NCBI GenBank assembly: GCA_024650005.2
Contig: CP122380.1
Coordinates: 576,001 to 640,000 of the forward strand
Origin: Candidatus Bathyarchaeum tardum
GTDB taxonomy: Archaea > Thermoproteota > Bathyarchaeia > Bathyarchaeales > Bathyarchaeaceae
Direction: 5' to 3'
Length of the DNA: 64,000 bases
This document shows positions 29,737 to 40,883 of this stretch, one piece after another. Every line of letters begins with the position of its first letter. Within the stretch, counting starts at the first letter, position 1. The position numbers and the translations under genes are program-made. The notes under the pieces are model-generated. The model was not told where the DNA came from. It did no database searches and saw only the letters and a list, made by a program, of their open reading frames with translations.

Positions 29737-30708
29737 ATGCTGGAATTGTTGGACCTATTAGGCAATCTCGTAATTCTTTTTGTTGCTTTGGTTTTAATGT
29801 ATAAAGCTAGTGACGTAACTATTCATCATTCTGTTAAAGTTGCTGAAGTTACTGGTTTAGGAAAAACTACTGTTGGTTTTGTTCTTATTGCGTTATCAAC
29901 TTCGTTGCCTGAATTGTTTGTAGTTGTTTTTTCAGTGTTTGAACCCGCGAATATAGGTGTGTCTATTGGTAACATTTTAGGCTCTAATGTTACAAATATT
30001 TGTTTAACGTTAGGGGTTTGTTTTTTCTTGATAGCCTTGAAATATCCTGAACTAGAACATTTCATTCCCAGCATGGCGAAAAAAGAAATGGGAAACTTGT
30101 ACTTTGGGCTTTTTATTGCATCGATTATTCCTTTGTCTTTATTGTTTGTTGGTTCTGCAAGCTTTTTAATAGGCATTATCCTGTTGGGGGTATTCTTCTA
30201 CAATATGTATCAATTATCTAAAATAAAAAATGTGAAAGAAGAACCAGGACTTGTTGAAAAACAAAATCTTAGAAAATATGTTGTTTTAACAATTGTCGGT
30301 GCATTGGGCGTTGTAGTTAGCTCGTATTTTATTGTAGAAGCTTCTTCTTACATTGCAAGGGGGATTGGTATTCCAACAGTGATTATTGGTGCTACCATTG
30401 TTGCCTTAGGAACAAGTTTACCTGAACTGGTAACCGGTATCGACTCTGTAAGAAAAGGTCATGCTGAGTTAGTGTTAGGTAACGTAATTGGAAGTTGTTT
30501 TATGAACATTACTTTAATTTTAGGGCTAGCGTTAATTTTTGCGCCCTTTAGGGTTGAAATGGGAGCATTTTCTGATTTAATTGTGTTATCGTTAATTACT
30601 AACCTTATATTGTGGTATTTCCTATCAAACGAAAAAGTTGGAAAACAAGAAGGAACCGTTTTGCTCTTTTTGTATTCAGTGTTCCTTGTAACAAGTTTTC
30701 TTGCATAG
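29737..30708 (+). CDS. Na+/Ca2+ (CaCA) antiporter
   Basis: Two TSLPEL and GN..GS alpha repeats. Confidence 0.92.
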   Translation: MLELLDLLGNLVILFVALVLMYKASDVTIHHSVKVAEVTGLGKTTVGFVLIALSTSLPELFVVVFSVFEPANIGVSIGNILGSNVTNICLTLGVCFFLIALKYPELEHFIPSMAKKEMGNLYFGLFIASIIPLSLLFVGSASFLIGIILLGVFFYNMYQLSKIKNVKEEPGLVEKQNLRKYVVLTIVGALGVVVSSYFIVEASSYIARGIGIPTVIIGATIVALGTSLPELVTGIDSVRKGHAELVLGNVIGSCFMNITLILGLALIFAPFRVEMGAFSDLIVLSLITNLILWYFLSNEKVGKQEGTVLLFLYSVFLVTSFLA

Positions 30709-31075
30709 TTCCAAAGTTTAGATTTGATGTTGAATTCTAATCTTTAACCTAAGCAGTTTCTTTTTGTTCATTAGCGTTCAATTTTTGATGCTTCGATCAA
30801 AAAAGCTGTTAATTTAATTATTGGCCATTGTTTATCCTGTTTTAGTTATGTGATTATTTTTTCTTTATCTCTTGAAAACGATGAGTAATGATGTTTTTTA
30901 GTTATATTTACTAAAAATTTTGGGTTATTTTTTAATAGCTTTCGAAGACTGAATTTTTTATATTATTATCAAGAAAACCAGAAAATACAGCATCAATAAC
31001 ATTTTCTAAGCCCCTTCACGCCTGCGCATTTGTAATTTTAATGTTTAAATTATGCCCTGAACATAATTATTACAA

Positions 31076-32245
31076 GTGTTTTCTATGGTTAAGATTGTGA
31101 AAGATGTTTTTTCGAAAGGTTTCGTAGAAGTTAATGAAAACGATACGCTTTCTTCTTGTTTGTCACTTTTCAAAGAAGAGATGCCACCTGTTTTAGCGGT
31201 CTTAGACAGCAAAGGCAATTACAAAGGGGTGATTTCTCGCAGATGGATAACCCGGTCTAGTTTTGATTCTTCGGGAACCAAAGTTAAGACTTTGATGCGA
31301 TCAGCGCCTACTGTTACTTTACATGATTCTCTTAGCAAGGTCGCTAAGTTGATGATTGAAAGCGAGATTAGGCAACTTCCAGTCTATAGTGGCGATGATC
31401 TCTTGGGATTTGTTACCGATGAGGATGTTATCCATGGAACTGTAATGGAACAATGGGGTAAAACCCGTGTTGAAGAGATAATGACTAAACATCCGTTTGT
31501 CATTGAAGACGACGAATCAGTAGGAGCAATACTAAGCCTTTTTAAAAGAGAAGGAATCTCGCACGTGCCAATAGTCAGAGATGGAAAACTTGTTGGAATT
31601 GTTAGTGTTATAGATATTATTAGCAATGTTTTCCAACCAAAAAAGAGACAAATGGTTGGGGAAATAGTAGGCGAAAAAGTTCCTGTTCTTAATATGCCTG
31701 CGAAAGGAATAATGGTGAAGCCTGTGATCACTGTTTTGCCTGAAACCAACTTGCGCGAAGCTGAGGATCTAATGCACAAATTCGAGATTTCCTGTTTGGT
31801 GGTCGTTGGCAAAGGAAGACCCGTTGGCATATTGACTAAACGGGATTTTCTTGAACCTTTGGCTCAACTGGAAAAGCCGGTGCGAAGGCTTATGGTGCAG
31901 TTTTCAGTTAAAGATGTGGACATTGATGACATTCAACGCGGGTTTATTATGGGCGATTTTGAATCTTTTGCTAGTCGATATGGAGAAACATTAGAATCTG
32001 GTACGCTTTTCGTTTACATGAAGACTCATGGTACAAATTTCAAGGGCGATCCGTTAATTCATTGTCGGTTGCAATTTAGAACAAGAAAAGGCTCGTTTTT
32101 CAGCTCAAGTGAAGGTTGGGGTGTAGAGCAGACGTTCAGGTTAGCTTTGGATAGGCTTGAGGGTCAAATTGTTAAAAGCACAGAATTAGCACATGACCGT
32201 GAATTTGCAAAAGACTATTTTAAGAGACGATTTCCTTTGACGTAA
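31076..32245 (+). CDS. 4xCBS protein with C-terminal HPF/RaiA-like domain (candidate ribosome hibernation factor)
   Basis: Four CBS repeats; C-terminal beta-alpha-beta-beta-beta-alpha segment ending GWG...ALDRLEGQI. Confidence 0.7.
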   Translation: MFSMVKIVKDVFSKGFVEVNENDTLSSCLSLFKEEMPPVLAVLDSKGNYKGVISRRWITRSSFDSSGTKVKTLMRSAPTVTLHDSLSKVAKLMIESEIRQLPVYSGDDLLGFVTDEDVIHGTVMEQWGKTRVEEIMTKHPFVIEDDESVGAILSLFKREGISHVPIVRDGKLVGIVSVIDIISNVFQPKKRQMVGEIVGEKVPVLNMPAKGIMVKPVITVLPETNLREAEDLMHKFEISCLVVVGKGRPVGILTKRDFLEPLAQLEKPVRRLMVQFSVKDVDIDDIQRGFIMGDFESFASRYGETLESGTLFVYMKTHGTNFKGDPLIHCRLQFRTRKGSFFSSSEGWGVEQTFRLALDRLEGQIVKSTELAHDREFAKDYFKRRFPLT

Positions 32246-33287
32246 CAGGGTATTAGTCAGTCAAACTGACAAAAACGGATAATGTCTTGCCGCCATTATG
32301 TGGACCTGCCCCCGAATCTGTTCGTGGGGTTTGGATCTTTTCAGTATAACTGCAAATCGTAGCTTTTAGTTAACAATTTCATATTATCGCCTTTACATGA
32401 ACTGTGCTGTTTGTGGTGATGATCCAATTGTTAACGTTTAACTTATCAGAAGCGAAGATGCTGGCAGGCTGAACACATGAAATGGCTTAGTAGACCCAAT
32501 AATCAACCAGAACGTCTCAAGTTGGTCGAAAGTCTACCTGAAAAACCGGAAAATAAGAATTACATCAAATGCTTTATTATTAATATTTTAGCTCCTTACA
32601 AATGGAATTAGTTGCCTTTCAAGATACCAAGTTAGGATACTGAAAAATTAGCGAAGACGTTTGTTCAAATATGCAACGGTTAAATCCTGCTACAAAACTA
32701 AAGCAATTTGCAGAATATTACCTTGTCTAGAGCATGGAATTGTGTTGTATTAACAAAGGAGTGTTAAGAGCAGTTTACTATGTTAGATTCTTGATTTCTT
32801 TGATGTTTTTTATGCCTGTTCGGTTTATCTTTCTTTTACCTACACAACTTGTTCGCTGAATATCTTCCCTTTCAATTCAAAACATTTCTAAGTGTAAATT
32901 GCTAAAAATTCAGTATTTCCTATTGTGTAATACTTTCATAAACAATCTTGCTGAAACATTATATGCTCCTAAACAGGTAACCCCACAAAAGTCATTAAAT
33001 TATTATCCTACTTTGAAGAGTTATGCACAGTTGATTGAAAAGTCAACCCTTTTTATATGTCCTAAAAGGAGTTGGCGTATTCAAATCACGTAAGGCAAGC
33101 AAAAAATGATTGAAACCTTGGTTGCTTCGGTTGTTCTCTAAAAAACACTATTGGTCAGTTGAATATGGTAAAAAACTTTATAAAACATGTTAAATTAACC
33201 CCTATGAACAGTGACAAATAACATATTTATTTGTAATTCTGTATTTACAAGATAAAACTAAAAGAGTTACAACTTTTTCTTAGTTTT

Positions 33288-34472
33288 TTGATTTGGAAAT
33301 GGTTCGCTATGGAGTATTATTTAATCTTCCTGTTATGGATTGCAGCCGCATTCTTCTTTCCTAGGCTACTGAGAAGAATTCACATACCTTGGGTTACTGC
33401 GGTAATCCTCGCAGGAATAGTTATGGGACCATACGTGTTGGGGTTAATTAACCCAAATGTGTTAATGGAGTTCCTTGCAACTCTAGGACTTATTTTGCTC
33501 ATGTTTTCAGCTGGAGCTGACACAAAAATGTCAGTTCTAAAAAGTGCAGGAAAAGACGTGATATATTTTACTTTGTTAAACATGGGAATACCGATGATTG
33601 TGGGTTTCTCAGTAGGATTTTTTTTAGGGCTGGAACTATTGTCAGCAGCAGTTTTAAGCGCCTGTTTTGGTTCATCGTCTGTTGCAGTAATAATACCAAC
33701 TTTGAAAGAATTAAAAACCGATGCTAGAATCGGTTCTTTAATGACGTCTTCGATATTTCTTGCAGATGTTAGCAGCTTAATTTTTCTAGCCGTTCTTTTG
33801 AAACCACTTGTTGACATGTCTCCTGTTCCATTGGAAATTTTTCCTTTTGCACTGTTAGCTTTTTTGGTTATTACATTATATTTTATGCCGAAACTTCAAA
33901 ATCGTCTTATGTCTTGGTGTTCTGACTCTGATCAATTTTCAAGCCAAATCAGAACTGTTTTCATAACTGTAGCTATTGTAGCAATACTCGCAGAGTTCAT
34001 AGGCATACATGCAATGGTAGGCGGCTTTTTGGCGGGTTTGTCTCTCTCGAAAATGTTGGAAACACGAAAACATCTTCAAGAAAATCTTGTAACAATAAGT
34101 TATGGTTTTCTCATTCCTATTTTCTTGCTTTATGTAGGCATGACAACAAACATTACAACTCTGTTTAATCCGGGAGACGCAATTCTAACTCTTTTAATTA
34201 TTACTGCTTTAATCACAAGCAAAACAGTTAGCGGCTTTATAGGCGGTCACCTTTTAGGCTTTTCAAAAAGAACCAGCGTAGGAATGGGATTAATGACTAC
34301 TGCACAACTTTCAACAACCCTAGCTACGGCAACAGTTGCTACTCAATATGGAATTTTCTCTGATGACCTACTCACAGCTATAGTCGTATTATCAATAGTG
34401 ACAATAATAATCTCACCAATATTAACAAAGGCTATATTAAAACAAAAAACTAATGAAGATGTGTTAGCGTGA
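33288..34472 (+). CDS. Cation:proton antiporter (CPA2/Kef-type)
   Basis: AGIVMGP, GLILLMFSAG, GGFLAGL, IPIFL..VG. Confidence 0.88.
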   Translation: MIWKWFAMEYYLIFLLWIAAAFFFPRLLRRIHIPWVTAVILAGIVMGPYVLGLINPNVLMEFLATLGLILLMFSAGADTKMSVLKSAGKDVIYFTLLNMGIPMIVGFSVGFFLGLELLSAAVLSACFGSSSVAVIIPTLKELKTDARIGSLMTSSIFLADVSSLIFLAVLLKPLVDMSPVPLEIFPFALLAFLVITLYFMPKLQNRLMSWCSDSDQFSSQIRTVFITVAIVAILAEFIGIHAMVGGFLAGLSLSKMLETRKHLQENLVTISYGFLIPIFLLYVGMTTNITTLFNPGDAILTLLIITALITSKTVSGFIGGHLLGFSKRTSVGMGLMTTAQLSTTLATATVATQYGIFSDDLLTAIVVLSIVTIIISPILTKAILKQKTNEDVLA

Positions 34473-34631
34473 CATTTCCCCCTAGCAATTCAAGTTTTAC
34501 CCATTAATTATGATTTGCGCTCCATATGTAGATAGCTTTAGAAAATCGATAATAATTGGTTAAACTATTATGTATACACAGAAGTAAAACTGTGTACGTA
34601 TGATTCGCTGAAAAAAAGAGGCTATAATTAC

Positions 34632-37367
34632 TTGTCTGAAAAGGATAACATTTGGTATACACTAAAAGTAGATGATGTATTCAAAGCACTTAAGACAAGC
34701 GAAAAAGGATTGACCTCTGCGGAAGCTGAAAGAAGACTGAAGGAGTATGGATTAAATGAGTTGGAAAAAGAAAAAGGAATTACAAAGTTAGCCTTACTTT
34801 TTCATCAACTCAAGAATCCCCTGGTTGCTGTGCTCTTTGCTGCTGCATTACTTTCATTTCTTGTCGGAAAGATGATTGACACCTTTGTTGTTGCTGTTGT
34901 TATCGTTTTTAACACAACTATAGGCTTTTTCCAAGAATACAAAGCAGAAGTTGCTCTTCAAGCATTGAAGTCAATGGCAGCCCCTGAAGCAGAATTAATA
35001 CGGGATTGTCCTGAAAGAGGCACTTGTCTTGAAATGAGAGTCAAGGCAAATAAGATAGTACCTGGAGACATCATACTTTTAGCTGCAGGAGATAAAGTTC
35101 CTGCTGATGCTCGCATTTTTGAAGTTGCAAACCTTGAAATAGATGAATCAATGTTGACTGGCGAATCAACAACTGTGAGAAAAACAGTTGAAGCTCTAAA
35201 TCAAGATATGCCTGTGGCTGATCGAACAAATATGGCATTCTCTGGTACAATAGTCACAAAGGGAAGAGGAAAAGCAGTTATCACGGCTACGGGAATGAAA
35301 ACCGAAATTGGAAAAATAGCTAAACTGATAAAAGAAACCAAAAAAGCAGACACTCCGCTTCAAAAACGAATTGCTGATCTTAGCAAAAAACTTGGGCTCT
35401 TCGCCCTTTTATCTAGCGGTTTAGTCTTGGTAATTAGTCTGCTTCGTGGATTTGAATTCTATGAAGTGTTTCTTTTCGCTTTGGCGACTGCGGTTTCAGC
35501 AATCCCGGAAGGACTGCCTGCGGTAATGACTATTACATTGGCAGTTGGCGTGAACCGAATGGCGAAACGTAATGCCATCATTAGAAAACTGCAAGCAGTT
35601 GACACTCTAGGATCAGCAACGGCAATTTGCACTGACAAAACTGGTACACTTACAACCAATCAAATGACGGTAAAAAGACTATTCGTGAACAACAGGGATG
35701 TCAATGTTACTGGTGTTGGTTACGCTCCAGAGGGGAGTTTTGAGGTAGACGGTAATGCAATAGACGTGACTAAGAACGAAGAGCTGCGTTTGTTGCTTCA
35801 AATAGGTGCTCTATGTAACGATGCTCGACTTAGGCAACATGAAGTCAAAGATGGATACAGTTGGGAAATTTACGGCGATCCTACCGAAGGATCGTTAGTT
35901 GTTGCAGCAGAAAAAGCAAAACTCGAAAAACATGAGTTAGAAGAAAAGTTTTCACGCGTAGATGAGATTCCTTTTGACGCAAAAGAGAGATACATGGCTA
36001 CATTCCATAAAAATTCTGCAAAACTTTTGCAGGTCTACATGAAAGGTGCACCTGAAACCGTCTTGGAGTTTTGCTCAGAAATTCTAGAAGACGGACAGAC
36101 AAAGCCGCTCACACAAACAAAAAAAGAAGAGATTTTGAAAGTTAGCACTCATATGGCTAGCGAGGCAATGAGGGTTCTCGCTTTTGCTTACCAAAAAATA
36201 GATGAAGAAAAGCTAAATGATTTCAAAGAAAAAGTACGCCGTAAAAACGCATCCCTAGTTTTTGTTGGGTTTGCGGGAATGATTGATCCACCTAGACCCG
36301 AAGCAAAAACTGCTGTTCAGCTTTGTCAAAGAGCTGGAATAAAAGTAATCATGGCAACAGGTGACCACAAGCTAACCGCGAAGGCAATTGCAAAAGAAAT
36401 CGGGATTCTTATACCCAACTCAAAAGTCTTCACGGGACTTAATCTGGATAGCATGAATGACGATGAATTAGACAGTGTTATCGACGAAACATCCGTTTTT
36501 GCTCGGGTATCTCCAACTCACAAGTTCAGGGTTGTTGAATCTCTTAAACGCAAAGGACACGTAGTGGCTATGACCGGTGACGGCGTTAACGATGCACCTG
36601 CTTTGAAAGTGGCTGACATTGGCGTTTCAATGGGAATCACGGGGACTGATGTAACCAAAGAAACGGCTGACATGGTTTTGGCTGATGACAATTTTGCTAG
36701 CATTGTGAATGCAGTTGAAGAAGGCAGGGTAGTCTTTGAGAATGTGCGAAAAGTCGTAAAATTTTTGGTAGCTACCAACACAGGTGAAATCCTTACGATT
36801 TTAGCTGCTTTGATTCTTTTGCCTAATGCACCCCTTATTTTTACTCCCGTTCAGATATTGTGGATTAATCTTGTAACTGACGGGTTACTTGACGTAACGT
36901 TAGCAATGGAGCCAAAAGAAGAAGATGTCATGGATCAACATCCTAGAAAATCCACTGCTAAAATTATTAACCGTGAAATCTTAGTCAACACTGTCTATGT
37001 GGGCATATTCATGATGATTGGAACCCTATGGATTTTCGCTAACGAATGGAGTTACGGGAACATTATTAGAGCTCAGACAATGGGCTTTACCACAATGGCA
37101 ATGTTTCAAGTGTTTAGCTCACTGAACTGCAGGTCACGCAACAAATCAGTTTTCAGTTTAGGGTTCTTTACAAACAAATATCTATTTCTCGCTATCATTG
37201 CATCTGTTTCTTTGCAAGTGTTAGCGACTGTTTTGCCTCCGTTACAAGTCGCATTGGGTACCATTTCACTCTCGGTTTTGGACTGGCTGTTAATAGTACT
37301 CGTATCAAGTTCAGTTTTTGTTGCCGACGAAATAAGAAAATTCGTTAAGGGCAAAATGAAAAAGTAA
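34632..37367 (+). CDS. P-type cation-transporting ATPase (type IIA-like)
   Basis: TGES, PEGL, DKTGTLT, KGAPE, TGDGVND, WINLVTD. Confidence 0.95.
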   Translation: MSEKDNIWYTLKVDDVFKALKTSEKGLTSAEAERRLKEYGLNELEKEKGITKLALLFHQLKNPLVAVLFAAALLSFLVGKMIDTFVVAVVIVFNTTIGFFQEYKAEVALQALKSMAAPEAELIRDCPERGTCLEMRVKANKIVPGDIILLAAGDKVPADARIFEVANLEIDESMLTGESTTVRKTVEALNQDMPVADRTNMAFSGTIVTKGRGKAVITATGMKTEIGKIAKLIKETKKADTPLQKRIADLSKKLGLFALLSSGLVLVISLLRGFEFYEVFLFALATAVSAIPEGLPAVMTITLAVGVNRMAKRNAIIRKLQAVDTLGSATAICTDKTGTLTTNQMTVKRLFVNNRDVNVTGVGYAPEGSFEVDGNAIDVTKNEELRLLLQIGALCNDARLRQHEVKDGYSWEIYGDPTEGSLVVAAEKAKLEKHELEEKFSRVDEIPFDAKERYMATFHKNSAKLLQVYMKGAPETVLEFCSEILEDGQTKPLTQTKKEEILKVSTHMASEAMRVLAFAYQKIDEEKLNDFKEKVRRKNASLVFVGFAGMIDPPRPEAKTAVQLCQRAGIKVIMATGDHKLTAKAIAKEIGILIPNSKVFTGLNLDSMNDDELDSVIDETSVFARVSPTHKFRVVESLKRKGHVVAMTGDGVNDAPALKVADIGVSMGITGTDVTKETADMVLADDNFASIVNAVEEGRVVFENVRKVVKFLVATNTGEILTILAALILLPNAPLIFTPVQILWINLVTDGLLDVTLAMEPKEEDVMDQHPRKSTAKIINREILVNTVYVGIFMMIGTLWIFANEWSYGNIIRAQTMGFTTMAMFQVFSSLNCRSRNKSVFSLGFFTNKYLFLAIIASVSLQVLATVLPPLQVALGTISLSVLDWLLIVLVSSSVFVADEIRKFVKGKMKK

Positions 37368-37474
37368 CTATCGAACATTAAAATATAGAATTAGAGTCGT
37401 CGTGATACAATATAAGAGGATTAAATAATGAGAAAAACCATGCGTGTTTGCCCTAAAAAAGAGTGTGAAAAGTA

Positions 37475-39151
37475 ATGACTCAAAAGGAGATTTTTTCTAT
37501 TAGACAAAAAATTGCCTATTTCTCTATGGAGGTTGCGCTTTCAAATGGTATTCACACTTACAGCGGTGGTCTGGGCGTTTTAGCCGGTGACACAATCAGG
37601 TCGAGCGCAGACTTGAGGCTTCCATTCGTAGGAGTTAGCTTAATCAGCAAAAAAGGATATTTTAGACAGGAATTGGCAGCTAATGGAAGCCAAACAGAGC
37701 ATGAAGACCCATGGAATCTTTCAAACTTTATGCAGTTACTTCCAGTGAAGGTTAAAGTGCCAATTGAATCAAGAGATGTGCATGTTAGAGCATGGCTCTA
37801 CAATGTAGTTAGCCAAACTGGAGGAGTTGTTCCTGTTTACTTTTTAGATACAGATGTAGAAGAGAATACTGCAGAAGATAGAGAAATTACCTCTTTTTTG
37901 TATGGCGGAGACAATAAGTATCGGTTGAAGCAGGAGATTGTCTTGGGAATTGGCGGTGTGAGGATGCTCAAAGAATTGGGCATTGATGTTCGTAAATATC
38001 ACATGAATGAAGGGCATTCCAGTTTTCTTGCTTTTGAACTGTTGAAAAAATTTGAAAGGAACATTGAAAAAGTTAGAAATAGTTGCATATTCACGACCCA
38101 CACTCCTGTTGAGGCTGGTCACGACAAATTTTCTTATGATCTCGTTCAGGAAGTGCTCGGCGAAGATGCCCCTTTGGATTTACTGAAAAATTTGGGGGGA
38201 CATGACCGACTGAACATGACTCGCCTCGCCCTTAATCTGAGTGACTACATTAACGGAGTAGCTAAGAAACACCAAGAATCCTCAAGAGAAATGTTTCCAG
38301 GATACGAAATTCACGCTATCACCAATGGAATTCATTCATACACTTGGACTTGTGAGAGTTTTAGAAGATTGTATGATAAGTATCTTCCAGGTTGGGCAAA
38401 TGATCCTAATTTACTTGTAAGAGTAGATGTTATTCCAAGGGAAGAAGTTTGGCAAGCTCATAGAGAAGCAAAAAAGTTGCTGATCGATTACGTTAATACG
38501 TCGACGAACATAGGCATGGACTATGATACTTTAACCCTAGGGTTTGCACGACGAGCAACTGAATACAAAAGAGCAAATTTGCTGTTTTCTGATTTGGAAA
38601 AGTTGAAGAAGATAAGTAGAAAAGGGAAGATTCAGATCATTTTGGCGGGGAAAGCTCATCCCAGAGATTATTCGGGCAAGAAACTAATTGAACAGTTATT
38701 TAGTTATGCTAAACAACTAAAAGATGATATCAAAATTGTCTATTTGGAAAATTATGATTTAGACGTTGCATCCATGTTGGTTACTGGTGTTGATGTTTGG
38801 TTAAACACGCCTTTGCCGCCTCAAGAAGCATCAGGGACTAGTGGAATGAAGGCAGCCCATAACGGAGTGATAAACTTTAGTGTCTTGGACGGATGGTGGA
38901 TTGAAGGTTGGATAGAAGATATAACCGGTTGGGCTATAGGTCCGCATCCTGATGAGCAAGTATCGTTTGAGGAACGTAACATTAGAGAATTAGATGACCT
39001 ATACAGCAAACTGGAATACATTATCATGCCCCTATTCTACAATAAAAGGGATAAATGGATAAGAACTATGAAAAATTCCATTGGAAAAATTGCTTACTAT
39101 TTTAACAGTCACAGAATGATGCGAAGATATGTAACTGAAGCTTACCTTTAA
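37475..39151 (+). CDS. glgP: Alpha-glucan phosphorylase
   Basis: YSGGLGVLAGD, HMNEGH, FARRATEYKR, EASGTSGMK. Confidence 0.95.
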   Translation: MTQKEIFSIRQKIAYFSMEVALSNGIHTYSGGLGVLAGDTIRSSADLRLPFVGVSLISKKGYFRQELAANGSQTEHEDPWNLSNFMQLLPVKVKVPIESRDVHVRAWLYNVVSQTGGVVPVYFLDTDVEENTAEDREITSFLYGGDNKYRLKQEIVLGIGGVRMLKELGIDVRKYHMNEGHSSFLAFELLKKFERNIEKVRNSCIFTTHTPVEAGHDKFSYDLVQEVLGEDAPLDLLKNLGGHDRLNMTRLALNLSDYINGVAKKHQESSREMFPGYEIHAITNGIHSYTWTCESFRRLYDKYLPGWANDPNLLVRVDVIPREEVWQAHREAKKLLIDYVNTSTNIGMDYDTLTLGFARRATEYKRANLLFSDLEKLKKISRKGKIQIILAGKAHPRDYSGKKLIEQLFSYAKQLKDDIKIVYLENYDLDVASMLVTGVDVWLNTPLPPQEASGTSGMKAAHNGVINFSVLDGWWIEGWIEDITGWAIGPHPDEQVSFEERNIRELDDLYSKLEYIIMPLFYNKRDKWIRTMKNSIGKIAYYFNSHRMMRRYVTEAYL

Positions 39152-39425
39152 CTGCACCACGTTTTGTCGTTTGAACATGACTTCAAGAAGTGACAACCTA
39201 GAAGCTCAACAGTCATAGCTGTAAACATCGAAATTACATAAGATAAATTTACGCAAAAACATGAACTAGATTCGAACCCTTTTGTTTTTCTTACCTGCAA
39301 ACGTAGTGGACATTTTTTCTTCCGTTTTTCCTTTTTTTGTGAATCCTTGCTGTTCGGTTGGGTTCCCTAAACTGTAAAGTTGATTGTTATTTTCAGAAAA
39401 CGGATCTCGAGGATTTATAATGCCA

Positions 39426-40670
39426 TCATTTCTGCAAAAATGATTTGTAGATTTCTAATGTCTGTTCCGCGGCTTTTTTCCATGTAAAATACTCTAAAAC
39501 TCTTTTACGCCCCTTTTTGCCCCAACTTTTAGCCATCTGCGGATCCTTTAAAACCGCGTTTATTCCCCAAGCTATGTCAGATGCTTCCTCACCGTTAACA
39601 TGGACTCCATTTTGATCTGGACCTGACGGTATTACTTGTTCGCGAAAACCTACTACTCCTTTGGATCCTACCACAACAGGTTTCTCCATTGCCATGGCTT
39701 CTAGGCTGACGATGCCGAATGGTTCATAAACTGATGGAAAAATGCATACGTCTGCAGCAGCGTAATGCAGTATTCTCTCATCTTCTGGCACAAACTCAAA
39801 CCGGTAAATAATCTTGTCTTCTATTCCAAGTCTACTCGCTGTTTCAACGATGTCTTTTTGTTTCTCACCTTTACCTAGAATAACAAGTTTCGTTTTTGGA
39901 TATTCCTTTAAGACCATTGGCATTGCTTGAACTAAGTTATCAGCACTTTTCACCCATGTTAATCTCCCAACAAAAAGAAGCATTGTCCAATCTTTTTTAA
40001 TACCATATTTTTCCCGAATCTTTTGCACATCTTCAGATTGGTAATTCTGCAGATTGTATCGTTGGGGGTTTACTCCATTCCAGACCACACTTATTTTTGA
40101 TTGTGGCCAACCATGACGCGTTAAGTCTTCTCGCATTGAATGACTTACTGTAATCATTCCATCCATGTTCTGGGCTGCTGCCCTTTCAAGATGTGACACA
40201 ACCTTTGAACCCTGTCCACCGCTTCTTCCCCACTCGGTACTGTGCACATGAAATATTACAGGAATCTTTGTTTCGTTTTTAATCATTAATCCTGCGATGC
40301 TGCTTAACCAATCATGTACGCAGACAACATCAAAATTGTATTCCTCTTTTTTAATTAATTCATTAATGAATTTTGTTGCACTCAGAACATTATGTATGAA
40401 TATGTCGCTAAAAAAGCGGATGTTAGTTCCCCACTCTTTTAGGTCTTCAGCAACAAACATTGGAAAAACGTTGCCAGCATCCGCTATCAAGGGACGATGG
40501 ACTTCTACTCCTTTCAAAATTTCTCTGGTTTTCAAATCACCCGGGTTAAGGGTGAAAACTGACACATCGTGACCTAAATTGACAAACTCGCGTGTTATAT
40601 TGTCCGCATATGTGCCTAGTCCTCCCACAATTTTTGGGGGATACTCATAGACAAAAAAACCTATTCGCAA
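39426..40670 (-). CDS. GT4 glycosyltransferase (glycogen synthase-like)
   Basis: EYPPKIVGGLG, HDW, YEPFGIVSLEAMA; next to glgP. Confidence 0.88.
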   Translation of the reverse strand: MRIGFFVYEYPPKIVGGLGTYADNITREFVNLGHDVSVFTLNPGDLKTREILKGVEVHRPLIADAGNVFPMFVAEDLKEWGTNIRFFSDIFIHNVLSATKFINELIKKEEYNFDVVCVHDWLSSIAGLMIKNETKIPVIFHVHSTEWGRSGGQGSKVVSHLERAAAQNMDGMITVSHSMREDLTRHGWPQSKISVVWNGVNPQRYNLQNYQSEDVQKIREKYGIKKDWTMLLFVGRLTWVKSADNLVQAMPMVLKEYPKTKLVILGKGEKQKDIVETASRLGIEDKIIYRFEFVPEDERILHYAAADVCIFPSVYEPFGIVSLEAMAMEKPVVVGSKGVVGFREQVIPSGPDQNGVHVNGEEASDIAWGINAVLKDPQMAKSWGKKGRKRVLEYFTWKKAAEQTLEIYKSFLQK

Positions 40671-40883
40671 AACGCAGTTCTCCCTGACAAATATGATACT
40701 TTATTAGAGGTCCGCTTGATTTTTAAAGTTTATCAAAATTGTGTCAAAAGGCAACTTTCTGGACTTGTTTTGGTACGGAACTACTTTTTACATTTAGAAT
40801 TAATAATATCTAAAATGTAGCCACTTAATGACTGAAAACAAATATAAAATTGAAGTCACAATAGTTTTAATTGGGAAAAATTT

